Assembly: GCF_030684315.1 (NCBI RefSeq)
Contig: NC_081396.1
Coordinates: 5,828,001 to 5,892,000 of the forward strand
Direction: 5' to 3'
DNA length: 64,000 bases
From: Stegostoma tigrinum
Lineage: Eukaryota
Translations under genes and position numbers: made by a program
Part shown: in pieces, positions 48,010 to 60,654 of the stretch
How the letters are laid out: every line of letters begins with the position of its first letter
Position numbering within the stretch: the stretch's first letter is position 1
Notes under the pieces: model-generated
What the model was told of the DNA's origin: nothing
Databases searched by the model: none
Seen by the model: only the letters and a program-made list of their open reading frames with translations

Positions 48010-49720
48010 TCCTGAGATGAAAGGGTTGACTTATCCAGAGCGACTGAACAATTTAGGCCCTGAGTTTAGAAGAATGATGGAGAACGTATCGAAACCTACA
48101 AAAGTCTGAGGATGATTGTGAGGGTAGATGAGCAGAGGATGCTGGAAATTTGAGAAGCCTGGGAACTATAGGCCTGTGAGCATGACATTGATGTTGGGTG
48201 TGTTGTTGGTGATTCAGAAAGATAGGATTTACATGCATTGGGAGAGGCAAGGAATGATTAGGAACAGTCAGCATGGTCTTGTGTGAAGGAAATCGTAACT
48301 CACAAATCCAATTGAGTTTTTTAAGAAAGTAACCAAAAACATTGATGAGGGCAGAATGGTAGACATTGTTTGTATGGACTTTAATAAAGCCTTTGACAAG
48401 GTTCTGCATAGTAGACAAACTAGTAAGGTTAGATCGCATGGAATTGCCAATTGGGTACAAAATTGGCTTGACAGGAAGGAGACCGCGGGTGGCGGTGCAC
48501 GCATTTTTTTCCAGACTAGAGGCCTGTGACCAGTGATATTCCACATGGATTGGTACTGTGTCCACTTTTGTTTGTCATTTATATAAATAATTTGGATGAG
48601 AATATCGAAGGCGTAGTTAGAGAGTTTGCAGATGCTGCCCAAAATTGGTAGTAAACTGGGCAGTGAAGATGGTGATCTAACATTACAAAGTGATATTGAT
48701 CAATTGCGTCAATGGGCTGAGGAGTGGCAGACAGAGTTTAATTTGGATGAATGCCAGGTATTGCATTTTAGTAAATCAAACAAGGGCAGAGCTTAACCAA
48801 TTAATGGTAGGGCCCTGGGTAGTGTTGTAGAACAGACAGACCAAGGGGCTCAGGTATATAATTCTTCGAAATTTGCGCCACAGATAGACAGGGTAGCTAA
48901 GAAAGCATTTAGCATCTTGCCTCAATTGTTCAGACATTGACTCTCCGAGTTGGAATGTCATGTTTAGGTTGTACAGGACATAGGTGAGGGCTCTTCTGGA
49001 GTAAGATGTACAGTTCTGGTTGCCCTGGTATGGGAAGGATATCATTAAGCTGGAGAGTGTTCAGCAAAGATTTACATGGATATTGTCGGGAATGGTGATT
49101 GAGGGGTGACCTTAGAGAGGTTTACGAAATAATGACAGGCACATATAAGGTAAATAGCAAGGGTCTTTTTCCCTAGAGTGAAGGAGTTGAAAACTAGGGA
49201 ACATTTTTTTTAATGAAAGGAGCAAGTTTTAAAATGGACATTTATACACAGCGTGGTTCACGTGTGGAATGAACTGCCAGTCAAAGTGATGGATGCAGGT
49301 ACAATGTTTAAAAGACATTTGGACAAGTACATGAATGGGAAAGGTTTAGAGGGATATGGGCCAAATGCAGGCAAGTGGGGGAGAGATAATGGGAACTGCA
49401 GATGCTGGAGAATCCAAGATAACGACATGTGGAGCTGGATGAACACAGCAGGCCAAGCAGCATCTCAGGAGCACAAAAGCTGACGTTTCGGGCCTAGACC
49501 CTTCATCAGAGAGGGGGTCTCTGATGAAGGGTCTAGGCCCGAAATGTCAGCTTTTGTGCTCCTGAGATGCTGCTTGGCCTGCTGTGTTCATCCAGCCCCA
49601 CACCTTTTTATCTTCTATTATGCTGGCAAGTGGGACTAGCTTAGTTTGGGAACATGGTCAACATGGGCTAGTTGGACCAAACAGTCCAGTTCTATGCTGT
49701 ATAACAATATGAGTGAAACT
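48010..49720 (+). mobile_element. CR1 LINE RT-to-3' fragment
   Basis: tatggactttaataaagcctttgacaaggtt (MDFNKAFDKV), agtttgcagatg (FAD), CR1 3' tail. Split by the palindrome at 49380. Confidence 0.85.
49380..49619. mobile_element. Palindromic Penelope-derived insertion with two back-to-back hammerhead motifs (49480-49509 minus; 49521-49550 plus)
   Basis: TSD ATGC(A/T)GGCAAGTGGG at 49365-49379 and 49620-49634. About 100-bp near-perfect inverted arms around a short gagggggt spacer. Confidence 0.88.
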
Positions 49721-50169
49721 AGCAGATATTGTTACAGACTACGGAGCCCTCATTTAATAGTGAATGCAGGAAATTTCTTCTCCCAGACGGAGAATGTCTA
49801 GAATTCTCCATCCAAAGAATGGTGGAGGCTGGTTAGTTGACTTCAAAGAAGAGGGAGATAGGTCTTTGACATATCGGGAAGCTTTGGGCTCTGAGGAGCT
49901 GATACAAAAGAGAAGTTGAGCCCTGGGGCAAATCAACCCTGATCTGGTCAAATCGTGGTGCAGGTTTTGGGAGCTGAATGGCCCATTCCTGCTCCTATTC
50001 TTGCTTCCCTACAAACACACACAACGCTCTGGCCTGTCTGACACCCAGCACCAAAGAAGCAGAAATGTCTTCTACTTAAATAGAGAGGACCAAAGATATT
50101 GTCTTCAGGCCCTGCTACAAACTCTGTTCTTTTTCTTCAGACTGGTAAAGACAGGTCACAATCCACAAG

Positions 50170-50995
50170 TACCATATTTCGCCTCCAGCTGACTTCTGAC
50201 CTCAGAACAATATCTGTTCTGAGCTCAACGCCTGCTGAAACCCTCATCCCATTCTTTGTCACCTTGAAATTTGGCTGTTCTGTGTAGCCTCCCATATTCA
50301 AACCACTGCCCCGCCCCCTCGTAAATCTGAGATCACCGACAATTCGACAGTCTGTCCTTCCTCTCACAATGTCTTATTCAGCCATTGCTCCTGTGATCAT
50401 TTCCCTGAACATCTTCCATTTCCAAATTATAGAATCATTGAATCCCTAGTGTTGAAGCAGGCCATTTGGCCTATACATTCCACACCATCCCATTCTATCT
50501 CCATAACTCTGAAATTCTCATGGCTAATCTATCCAGCCTGCACATCCCTGGACACTTTCTGGCATTTTAGCAATGCCTTTTCAACTAACCTGCACATCTT
50601 TGGACTGTCGGAGGAAACCAAAGCACCTGGAGGAAACCCACGGAGACGCTGGGAGACATGCAAACTCCACCCAGTCACCCGAAGATGAAATCGAACCCAG
50701 GTCACTGGCGCTGGGAGGCAACAGTGATAATCAGAGAGCCACCGGGCACCCACTTTGTTTTGAACTTTCTCTTTGACCATGCCCTTCCCTATCACCACAA
50801 TCACTTCTGATCCCACAAGCCTTCAAGGTCTTTGTGCTCCTTTAATTCTGCCCTCTTGAGCATCCCTGTTTTGCCATGGGAAACAATAAGCTCTGAAATT
50901 CCCTCGCAAAACCTCTCCAACTCCACAGTTCACTTTTCTCCTTTGAGACACTCCTTCAACCGACCTCTTTGACAAGCTTTTGATCACCCGGCCTG
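50170..50995 (+). mobile_element. Old L2-clade LINE 3' remnant interrupted by an HE1-like SINE (-, ~50430-50750)
   Basis: gctgaaaccctcatcc..tttgtcacc (AETLI..FVT), ctctgaaattccctc..aaacctctcc, and tail cctctttgacaagctttt. Confidence 0.55.
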
Positions 50996-51529
50996 ATGTC
51001 AAATGTTCACGGAATCACAAAATCCTTCCAGCACAGGAGGAGGAAATTCAAGACCACATGTCTGAATCAGCCATCTGGTCAGCATCTCCCTTACTGTCTT
51101 TGTCCTACTTTCTCCACATAACACTACACATTCTTACTCTTCGAAGAACCATTCATTTCTCTGTTGAATGCCTCAGTTGTACCAGGCCCCACCATACACT
51201 CAGTCAATGTTTTTCAGCCTGTAACCATTTGCTGTATGAAAAGGTTTCGTCTCATATTGCTTCTTTTGCCCAATTTTTCTCTGTCTTCAATGATCCTCAA
51301 TTATCCTCTGTCCCAAATAATCTCTGTCCTCTTATTCTTGATGCGCTCACAAGCAGGAACAGATTCTCTGTCCAGGCGCCTCACGATTGTGAACAGTTCA
51401 ATCACATCTCCTCTCAGCCTACACTTCCCCTTGACAAACAGTATGATCTTCTCCAATTGATCTTCATAACCGAAGATCCCCATCTCTGGAACCATTCACA
51501 TTAACCTTGTCAGCACTTTCACAAAGGCC

Positions 51530-53500
51530 ATAGAGTCACACAGCACAGAACCAGACCCCTTGGTCCAACTTGTCTTTACGGACCAAGTTTCCCAAACTAA
51601 ATTAGTCCCACTTGCCTGCATTTGGCCCATATCGATCCACATCCTTCCTATTCACTTACCTGTCCAAATGTCTTTAAAAGATTGAAACTAGACCCATATC
51701 CACCACTTCCTCGGGATGTTCATTCAACTCACAAACCACTGTGTTAAAGTAATTGCCCCTTACGTCTTTAAATTTTTCTCCTCTTACTTTAGAAATATGC
51801 CCCTGAGTCTTGAAATCTCCCACCCTAGTGAAAACACATTTGCCAAATCACCTTATTTACACTCCTCATGATTTTATAAACCTCCATATGGTCAGCTCTC
51901 AACCTCTACATTCCAGTGAAGTAAAGGCCCAGACTATCCAGCCTCTCCTTATAACTCAAACCGTCCATTCCCAGCAACATCCTGGTAAATCTTCTCTGAA
52001 TCCTCTCCAGTTTAATAATATCTTTCGTATAACAGGGAGACCAGAACAGGACACAGTGCGCCAGAAGGGGCCTCACTGACATCCTGTACAACCTCAACAT
52101 ATTGTCGCAACTCTTAAACTCAAAACAAAAACAGAAGTTGCTGGAAAAGCTCAGCAGGTCTGGCAGCATCTAAGAAGAAAAAAAAAATCAGATTTAACGT
52201 TTCGGGTCGGGTTCCTCAGAACACTCAAAAGTCTGAGCAATGAAGACAAGCGTGCTAAATGCATGTTTTTCCTACCAAAATGAAGTACATCACATTTCTC
52301 TGCAATGAACATCATCTGCTATAAACCACTCACTCCGGCCCCTTGTCTACAACTTTTGGAAGCTCAATACTATCATCCTGACAATATATGATGCATCTAA
52401 GGTTTTGAGCAAAGAACAAAAAAATACAGCATGGGAACAGGCCTTTCAGCCCTCCGAGCCTGCACCACCACATTTTGCCCTTCCAAACTAAAACTGTCTT
52501 CACTTACAAAATCTGTATCCTTCTATTCCTTTCCTTTTCATGTGTTTGTCCAGGTACTTAGTGAATGCTGCTATTGTGTCTGCTGCCACCATCTCCTCTG
52601 GCAACACATTCCAGGCACTCATTTACCCTTTGTATAAAAAACATGCCTCACACATGTCTTTTATGCTTCCCCGCTCACCCCTTGAACCTGTGTCCCCTAG
52701 TAACTGGCCACTCCACCCTGTGGAAAAAAACCTCATACTTTCCACTCTACTGGTGTCATTCACAATCTTTTAAACTTCCATCAGGTCACACCCTTCAAAA
52801 TTCTGCGTTCCAGTGAAAACAAAAGCCAGTTTGGCCAACTTCTTTTCATAGCTAAATTCCCTCATACCAGGCAACATCCTAGTAAACCTTAGTGACCCTC
52901 TCCAAAGCATCCACATCCTTCTGGTAGCGTGGTGACCACAACTTTATGCAATATTCCAAGTGTGGCCTAACTAAAGTTCTGTAAAGCTGCAGCATAATTT
53001 GTCAATGCTGATACTCAATGCCCCTTCCAAGGAAGGTAAGCATGCCATAGGCATTTTTTACTACCTTATCTACCCACATTACCATCTTCAATGAACTGTG
53101 GACATCCACACCCAGATCCCTGTGCATATCAATACTCTTATGAGTTCTGCCATTCATTCTATAGTTTCCACCTGTGCTTGACATTCCAAAATGCATCACC
53201 TCACATTTGTCCCGATTAAACTCCATCTGCCATCTTTCCTCCCATTCCTCCAACTGATCTGTATCCTCTGACTAGCCTCATCACTATCCGCAAGTCCACC
53301 AATCTTTGTATCATCCCCATACTTACTAATTAGACCAGCTATGTTTTCCTCCAAATCATTTATAGAGATCACGAACAGCAGAGGTCCCAGCACTGATCCA
53401 TGCAGAACATGCTAGTCACAACCCTCCATTCTGAAAAGCATCCTTACCCCCAGTCTCCTATGACTAAGCCAGTTCTGGATCCATCTTGCCAGCTCACACT
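51530..53500 (-). mobile_element. Tandem CR1 fragments with a nested family B Penelope terminus (~52120-52222)
   Basis: ORF 53196-53393 LGPLLFVISINDL..SKYGDDTKIGG and ORF 53002-53253 WQMEFNRDKCEVMHFG. Nested minus-strand ttCTGAGGA..cccGAAACGTTaa. Confidence 0.85.
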
Positions 53501-54129
53501 GATTTGTTTTGTCTACAAGCTTTGAAATTGTGTCCTCCAACACCTCAGTCTTAGCAATTAACGTATCAGTAAATAAAAGGGTCTAGCAGTAGCCGCTGGG
53601 TACCTCCAATATAAATCTTCCTCCAGCCTAAAAGGGCGTCCATTATATTTAGACCTACTTGATAACACTACAGTTTTTGTGTCCTGTCACTCAGGCAATT
53701 GAGAATCCAAGTTGTTCCAAACCCTTTAAGTCCACGAGCTGTATATTTTCTCACAACTCCATTGTGCGACACTGTATGAATATCCTATTGGAAATCCACC
53801 CACACTATATCAATAGAATTCAGTGCTCTCTGGTAGCTTTTCAAAACCTCCAATAAATTATGACTCACACTTTCCCTTTAAGATGGCTTTCTGCAATCCA
53901 TCGGTTTTATACTTATTTATATTAATTTAGCCCTGAATTTGTGTTTCTAAAAGTTTTCCCTTGGCTGAAGCTAAACTGAAAACAAAAGTTAAGCTGTATT
54001 GCTCTTCGAAGTTTTTTCTGAACAAGGTTGTAGCAAATGCCATTCTCTAGTCCTCTGGTACTACCTCAGTGTCTACAGAAGACTGAAAAATAGTGGTCAG
54101 TGTGTCTACAATTTCAACTCTTACTTTTA

Positions 54130-54405
54130 ATTTTTAAAAACTCATTTACAGGATGAAGGTATCACTGGCCAGACCAAAATTCATTGCCCAAAGGCCAGTT
54201 AAGAGTAAATCACATTGCTGTGGGTCTGGAGTCACATGTAGGTAAGGATGACAGTTCCCTTCCCTCAAGGACATTAGTGAACCAGACGGATATTTATTGA
54301 ATTTCAAATTCTACCATCTGCAGGATTCCAACCCAGATCCCCAGAACAGTACCTGGGTTTCTGGATTAACGGTCCAGCGAAAATACCAACAGGCCATTAC
54401 CTCCC
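54130..54405 (-). mobile_element. SacSINE/Deu-SINE-like SINE
   Basis: Reverse copy of the 31530 family. Confidence 0.75.
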
Positions 54406-54529
54406 CTTTCAAACTCTTGCACCTCAGTGTCCGATACACTGCCACTATAATTTTCCTCGTAAAGTTATTGATTGCAACACGCCTTGTCCCACATTTCACA
54501 TTACAAAAAGAGGCCAACACACGATCCGT

Positions 54530-54960
54530 GAGGAATTTACCCACCATCCCTCGCGGCGCTGAAGGTCCCCCATCCAGGGAACGGGGAGCGGTGCGCAGGC
54601 GCGGAAAGGTTTCAGGGTCTGGGGCATGCGTATTGATGATGATAACAATGGGGGCAGAGACTCTTTCTTTTCCGCGTCGGGAGGGTAGTCAGGGTGCCGG
54701 ACCGACGAGGGACAGCGGGAGCCGGGGTGGAGGGAGTGGACCGCGAAGCTTTATAAACACTTATTAAACACTTCAAACCTCGGTTAACAACCTGCAGGTC
54801 CCATTTTTGCGACACTGCGGTCTGACGCCAGGACTAAGTTTTGGCGAGCCGCCGCCATCTTGGTTCGCGGGGAGCAACCCGCATGCGTTACGAGTCTGGT
54901 GACGTAAATGAACATGGGCGGGACAAGAGGTTGTTTGCAGCAGGGTCCTAGTGCCCCGGC
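54530..54960. promoter_or_regulatory. CpG island putative promoter, possibly of the 46.8-47.5 kb ZNF
   Basis: GTGCGCAGGCGC (NRF1-like) at ~54591, GCCGCCATCTT (YY1) at ~54851, CGCATGCG, TGACGTAA (CRE-like) at ~54900, GGGCGGG. Confidence 0.68.
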
Positions 54961-54990
54961 AATTTTACGACCTGGGTGAGAAGTCATGAA

Positions 54991-55199
54991 ATAAGAGATA
55001 ACAAGGTGTGAAGCTGGATGAATACAGCAGGCCAAGCAGCATCTTAGGAGCAGAAAAGCTGACGTTCCGGGCCTGAGGGTCTAGGCCCGAAACGTCAGCT
55101 TTCCTGCTCCTAAGATGCTGCTTGGCCTGCTGTGTTCATTGAGCTCCACACCTTGTTATCTCGGATTCTCCAGCATCTGCAGTTCCCAGTATCTCCGAA
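54991..55199. mobile_element. Palindromic Penelope-derived insertion
   Basis: Inverted arms meet at gggcctgagggtctaggcccgaaacgtcag (CTGATGA box lost). Likely TSD AAGTC(A/T)TGAA at 54981-54990 and 55200-55209. Confidence 0.8.
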
Positions 55200-55463
55200 A
55201 AGTCTTGAAGCAGTTTCTTCCTCTTTTGTATAACAACACTACATTTCTTTTACTGTAAGATTTGTACCTAGGAACTTGTATCTATAATTGCACCATTATA
55301 AAAACATTTTGTTGTAACTACAATACTGGAGTACAAGTGACAATATAGGGCATTCTATTTTGTTCTGTTCCACCCATAATGTGGGGGTGCTGGTGGTGGA
55401 CTGGGATGGGCAAGGTTTGAAATCACAGGACACCAGATTATAGTCCAACAGTTTTGTTTGAAA

Positions 55464-55500
55464 ACACAAGCTTTCGGAGCCTCAGTCCTACTTCAGGTGT
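55464..55500 (-). ncRNA. Hammerhead-like motif, family C (one core substitution), in a distinct repeat fragment
   Basis: Minus strand reads acac-CTGAAGTA-GGA-ctgaggc-TCC-GAAA-GCTT-gtgt: stem I acac/gtgt, stem II GGA/TCC, palindromic AGCT. Confidence 0.55.
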
Positions 55501-56691
55501 GAGAGAGAGATGCAGTATCAGACACAGAATTTATCAGCAAAAGATCAAAGTTCACACCATTGATGAGAATCTACTAAACAAACCTAACATGCTGTTTAAT
55601 CTTTATTCAGTTAGAAGGTTTTAATTGATTAATACATTAAATCCCCAAATTTACTCATCTCATCTCTGAGACACCTGGTGGACCATAACGTATAGCATCA
55701 TACCACACAGAAAGAGATCTTTCAGTCCAACTTGTCGATGCCAAGTTTCCCAAACTAAACTACTCCCATTTGTCTGTATTTGGCCCATATCCTCTAAACT
55801 TTTCCTATTCATGTACCTTCCAAAAGTCTTTTAATTCACTTAATGTAGTAATCACCAGGTAGCAATCAAGAATGCTTCTTACGAATGTTCATCTGGACAA
55901 CCTGTATGCCCTGGATAAACTGCAGTGTTTCCTTTATCTGTTTAGTTCAGAGTTTGAAAATTTAAATTTTAGAATTAAAATCCGGAATTGCTCAACTTGC
56001 CACTGGCAGGGAGTCACATTGATTAAAAGGAAGCTCAAAAATAGCACTGAAATCATAAGGTATTCCATAGTCAGGACTGTATCACTAAATCGTGCCAGTA
56101 ATTTAACTTACAGGTGTAACTGCATCCTGGCTGCTAACACATAGGTAAATCACTGACTTGGCCAAGCAGCAAGGGATGTGGAAGCTTTTGTGCTCCTGAG
56201 ATGCTGCTTGGCCTGCTGTGTTCATCCAGCCACACATTTTATTATCCAGGGATGTGGGGTCTATTGGCCAATTAAAACTCTGAATTGCAAAACCCACACA
56301 CCAGGCTCACTGCAAGCACAGCAGCTAGGTGTCAATGACATTAGCATAATGTAAAAGGAAACAGTTATCCTGGACAGGCATACCCCCAATGATTTATCCA
56401 CCAAACAAAGGAGGGTCCAGACAGAAAGGCACCGGGTCCTGCTACATAAAAAAGCGAACAGTAGCAAGCCATTCAAATAACTGACATTGTTTCAAACTGA
56501 TTGGTCAGAACTACACAAAGTTCCAGAAAACCATCTCAAAAGGTATAAGAATGGGATTCACCTGCACACTGTTCTCTTGGAATCTCTTGCATTATCTGGG
56601 GCCTTCTGAGGAGGCCAGTGTGGCAAGGAGCATACATCAACTGACCATCTAGAGAGGAAGAAAGTAGCCTTGCCGACCCAGAGACAGTGCC

Positions 56692-56718
56692 AGAGAGAGA
56701 GAGAGAGAGAGAGAGAGC
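56692..56718. repeat. (GA)n microsatellite
   Basis: Run of agagag repeats. Confidence 0.85.
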
Positions 56719-57199
56719 AACGGGGCAAATCTACCAGCGACTCAGGAAGTACTGTAAACTCAAGGGACGAAATAGGATTAGAGATAGCATTGTTTGGTAT
56801 TAATGGTGATTGCAACTTTGCTCCTAGTAAAGTTGAGAGTGTTTTGCTTCGATACCAGCTTATGTGCAGAGTAATTTGACCACTTCAGTGCTGTGGGACA
56901 CTTGGGCAAATTCATTCATAACATTTTAGTCGGAGTTCTTTACCTTGTTTGAAGGAGAGTTGAGACAACACAAGTTTTAACATGAGATCCCACGAGGGCT
57001 AGCAGTGAGTGTTGGATTCTGAAGCAAATGTCACTGTTAATTCCGTCCAGGACTGGATATGTGGGTTAACCCTGAGGAGGATGTCAAGCCAATTTTTTTT
57101 CCATGGTTCAGAATCCCTAGACTTAGAACAGACGTTTGCATTACAGCTGTATTTAGAGCCAGGAAGAATAACAGTGAAAGCTGGAAATGTGTAGTCAAA

Positions 57200-59480
57200 T
57201 TTCAGTCTTACATATGCACAAGGACTCTGCCACCTGCCCACCCCCTCCCCCCCACCCACCCTTCCACAGCCCATTGAGAGAAGAAATTCCTCCTCAAATT
57301 GGGTCTTCAACTGGTGGCTTTTTAACCTGAAACTATGTCTTTTGGTCCTAGACTTCCCCATGGGGGGAAAAAGTCCTCTCTGCATTTACCCCATCAAGCC
57401 CATTAAGAATCCCATACATTTCAATGAGATCACCTCTCATTCTTCTAAACTCCAGTGAGTAGACTCCCAACCTATAAAATCATGAGGGACATGAATAAAA
57501 TAGACAGCCAACAGCTTTTTCCCAGTATAAAAGAGTCTAAAATGAGGGGGCAGAGGTTTAAGGTGAGAGAGGAGAGGTACAAAAGGGTCCACAGTGGCAA
57601 TATCTTTCACACAGCGGATGATGAGTGTCTGGAATGGACTGCCAGAGGTAGCACTGGAAGCAAGTACAAATTTGTAATTTCAGGAACATTTAGACAGGTG
57701 CATGGATGGGATAGGTATGGCAGGATATGGGCCAAATGCAGGCAAATGAGACTAGATTAATTGTGAAAGCCGGGCAGCGTGCGTAAATTGGGCCAGACGG
57801 CCTGTTTACATAGTGTAAACCTCTGTTACTCTCTGACTCTATCCAGCCTTTGCTCAAAAGACAATCCCTCCATACCATGGATCATCCGAGTGAACCTTCT
57901 CTGAACTTTCTCCAATGAAATGATACCTTCCCTTAAAATAAGGTTATCAAAACTATTCCCAGTATGCCAGATGTGGCCTCACCAGCACTTTGCACAGTTG
58001 TAGCAAGACTTCCCTACTCTTTCATACCAACCCCCTTGAAATAAGGGCCACTAATCTGCTGCCATTGTGCGCTAGCTTTCTGCATTTCATGCATAAGTAG
58101 CCCCAAGTCCCTTGGTGTTGCAGCTTTTCTCCATTTAAATAAAACGCTATAAGATTGTGGCCAATCTAATTATTCCACATACTCAGCCCACCCGCTAACC
58201 CTCAGCTCCTTTGCATGCCAATAATCTAGCTACCTCTGCCTTTAAAAATATTTGATGCCTTTGTATCCACTGCCTTTTGAATAAGAGTTTTCCAAAAGTC
58301 CATGAGCCTCTTGTGTGAGAGAAAAAACAAATTCTCCTCACCTCTCTTTTCAATGGAGAGGCCTGCATTTTTAATCCTAAATCTAAAATCTCCCAAGAAA
58401 GGAAATATGCTTCACAAATGCACCCTGTGAGGACTCTCCATCGAGTCTTTTCTTAGTCTTCTAAACTTGAGCAGACAAATGCCGAACCTGTTAATCTTTC
58501 TTCACAAATCAGAGAGACATATAGCACAGAAACAGATTAGTCTAACTCGTCCACACCGACCATAATCGCCAACTAAACCAGTCCCACCTGCCTGCACTTG
58601 GCCCATATCTCTCCAAACATTTCTAAAAGACCCCGCAAGTCTTTTTATAAATCTTTCTCCACTCACCTTAAAGATATGTCCCCTAGCCTTGAAACGCCTA
58701 TCCCATGGAAAAGACACCCACCATTCACCCTATTTGTATCCCTCATGACCCAACGCTGCGTTGGGTCACCTCTAAACCCCACACACTCCAGTGGAAAAAA
58801 CTCACAGCCTATCCAGCCTCTCCTTACAACTCAAACCCTCCATTCCTGGCAACATCCAGGTAAATCTCCTCTGAACCCTCTCCAATTTAATGATATCCTT
58901 CCTATTACAGGGCGATCAGAATGGACACAGTGCTCCAGAAGAGGCCTCACCAACGTCCGGTACAACTTCAACATAAATCCCAACTCCTATACTCAAAGGT
59001 CTGAACAATGAAGGTAAGTGTGCTAAACACCTTCTTAAACTCCCTGTCTACATGTGACGCAAACTTCAAAGAATTGTGCACCTGTACCCCTAGGTCCCTC
59101 TGTTCTACAACACTACCCAAGGCCCTACCATTAATTGTATTTGTCCTGCCTTTGTTTGTTTTACCAAAATGCAATACCTCACATTTACCCAAATTAAACT
59201 TCATTTGCCACTCCTCGGTCCATTGATCCAATCGGTTAAGATCTCTTTGCAGTCTTAGCAACCTCTTTTACTGTCCACTGTACCTTCGATCTTGGTGTCA
59301 TCCGCAAACTTACCAAACATGCTTTCTATATTCTCACCTAAATCGTTTAAATAAATGACAGACAAATGTGAGCCCAGCACCAAACGCTTTGGAACACTGG
59401 TGGTCACCAGACTCCAGTTGAAAAACAACGCTGAACCACCACCTTCGGATGCCTGCCATTAAGCCAATTTTGTATCCGAT
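57200..59480. mobile_element. Cluster of CR1 fragments, mostly minus strand (plus-strand insert ~57470-57840)
   Basis: ORF 58968-59261 LQRDLNRLDQWTEEWQMKFNLGKCEVLHFG..QRDLGVQVH. ORF 57455-57760 YKIMRDMNKIDSQQLFP. Confidence 0.8.
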
Positions 59481-59489
59481 TGGCAAGGT

Positions 59490-59722
59490 GTGGGAGCAGA
59501 TCATTCAGCCCCTCAACCCACTGAACAGCATGGCACCCCGACCCACGCTTTCCCCGTAAACCCTGTGTTTCCAGTGGCCAATCCACCTAACCTGGACATC
59601 TTTGGACTGTGGGAGGAAAGCAGAGCACACCCACGCAGACACGGACAGTCAACCCGGTGGAATCAAACCTGGTTCCCTGGCACTGTGAGGCAGAGTGCCA
59701 ACCACTGAGCCGCCGTGCCGCC
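59490..59722 (-). mobile_element. HE1-like V-SINE (internally deleted)
   Basis: Reverse ggcggcacggcggctcagtggttggcac..ggtttgattcc. Confidence 0.7.
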
Positions 59723-59949
59723 CCTGCCAGGGACCATTGAACTGCCTTTCCAGTCACGGTAGGTCAAAGGAGCAGACACAGTGCCGCCAGTGGGCGGGGC
59801 TCGATCTGTCCCTTTTGGGAGCCCTGCCCACTGGGAGGCAAGGGGCGGGGCAGCTCCCAGAGCGGCCTCTCGCTCCGGCCAGAGCCGGTCGCCCTGGAAA
59901 CCTCGCAGCGGCTTTGGGTTGGGGAGGGTGGGAAGGCAGTTTGTTGGGT

Positions 59950-60220
59950 GGCATTTCTGTGACTGCTGCTTTTGCTTTTCAAGATGGAAGTGATCAGGGG
60001 TTTTGGAAGGTGCTGTCTGAGGATCTTTGCTGAATTTCTGCAGTGCATCCTGTAGATAGTACACACTGCCGCGACCGAGCATTCGGGGGTGGGTGCTTGT
60101 GAACGTGGTGTCAATCAAGTGGGGGCTACTTTGCCCTGGAATGCGTCAAGCTTCCTGACTGCACTTGGGGCTGCACCCATGCAAGACACGTGGGAAGTAT
60201 TCCCTCACGCCCCTCTTGCG
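59950..60220 (-). mobile_element. LINE ORF2 C-terminal fragment (L2/CR1 group)
   Basis: ORF 59764-60114 VAAVCTIYRMHCRNSAKILRQHLPKP. Confidence 0.5.
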
Positions 60221-60654
60221 CTTGCTGTCAGAGGTGAGGATGACGCAGATAGGGAGGCGTAGAGCCCTTCAAAAGAAAATAAGCCGTTACAAACATTTAA
60301 AAGACACCTCCACATGGTTTAAAACAAGGCTGGTTTATTTGAGATTTAGTCGAGAATACTAGCCCCTAACGTTAAGCTGTCATCAGCAGAAACAGACTAC
60401 AAGATGACAAACAGGACTAAACCGTGATGTTATTTCAAAAGCAGCAGAATCCTGTTCTACTGGTTTATTCATGAGTGTCTCAAGCAGTTTGGACAAATGG
60501 GTAACTTCCTCCCCACATACTGACCAGTCTCTCCCCCGTGTGAATTCGCTAATTTACAGCGACTTCAGCCGACTGCCTGAAATCCGTCTGGTGTTAAAAA
60601 GACTCGAAGCAATGTTGCTTTGTGGCATTTTCTGCACCGGGACGCTGAAAAGTT

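Noticed and set aside
56115-56982. Possible second solo LTR (TGTAAC...TTAACA, TATA-like ggtataag, agtaaa)
   Set aside because: No matching TSD found by eye and boundaries are ambiguous. Needs a genome-wide copy search.
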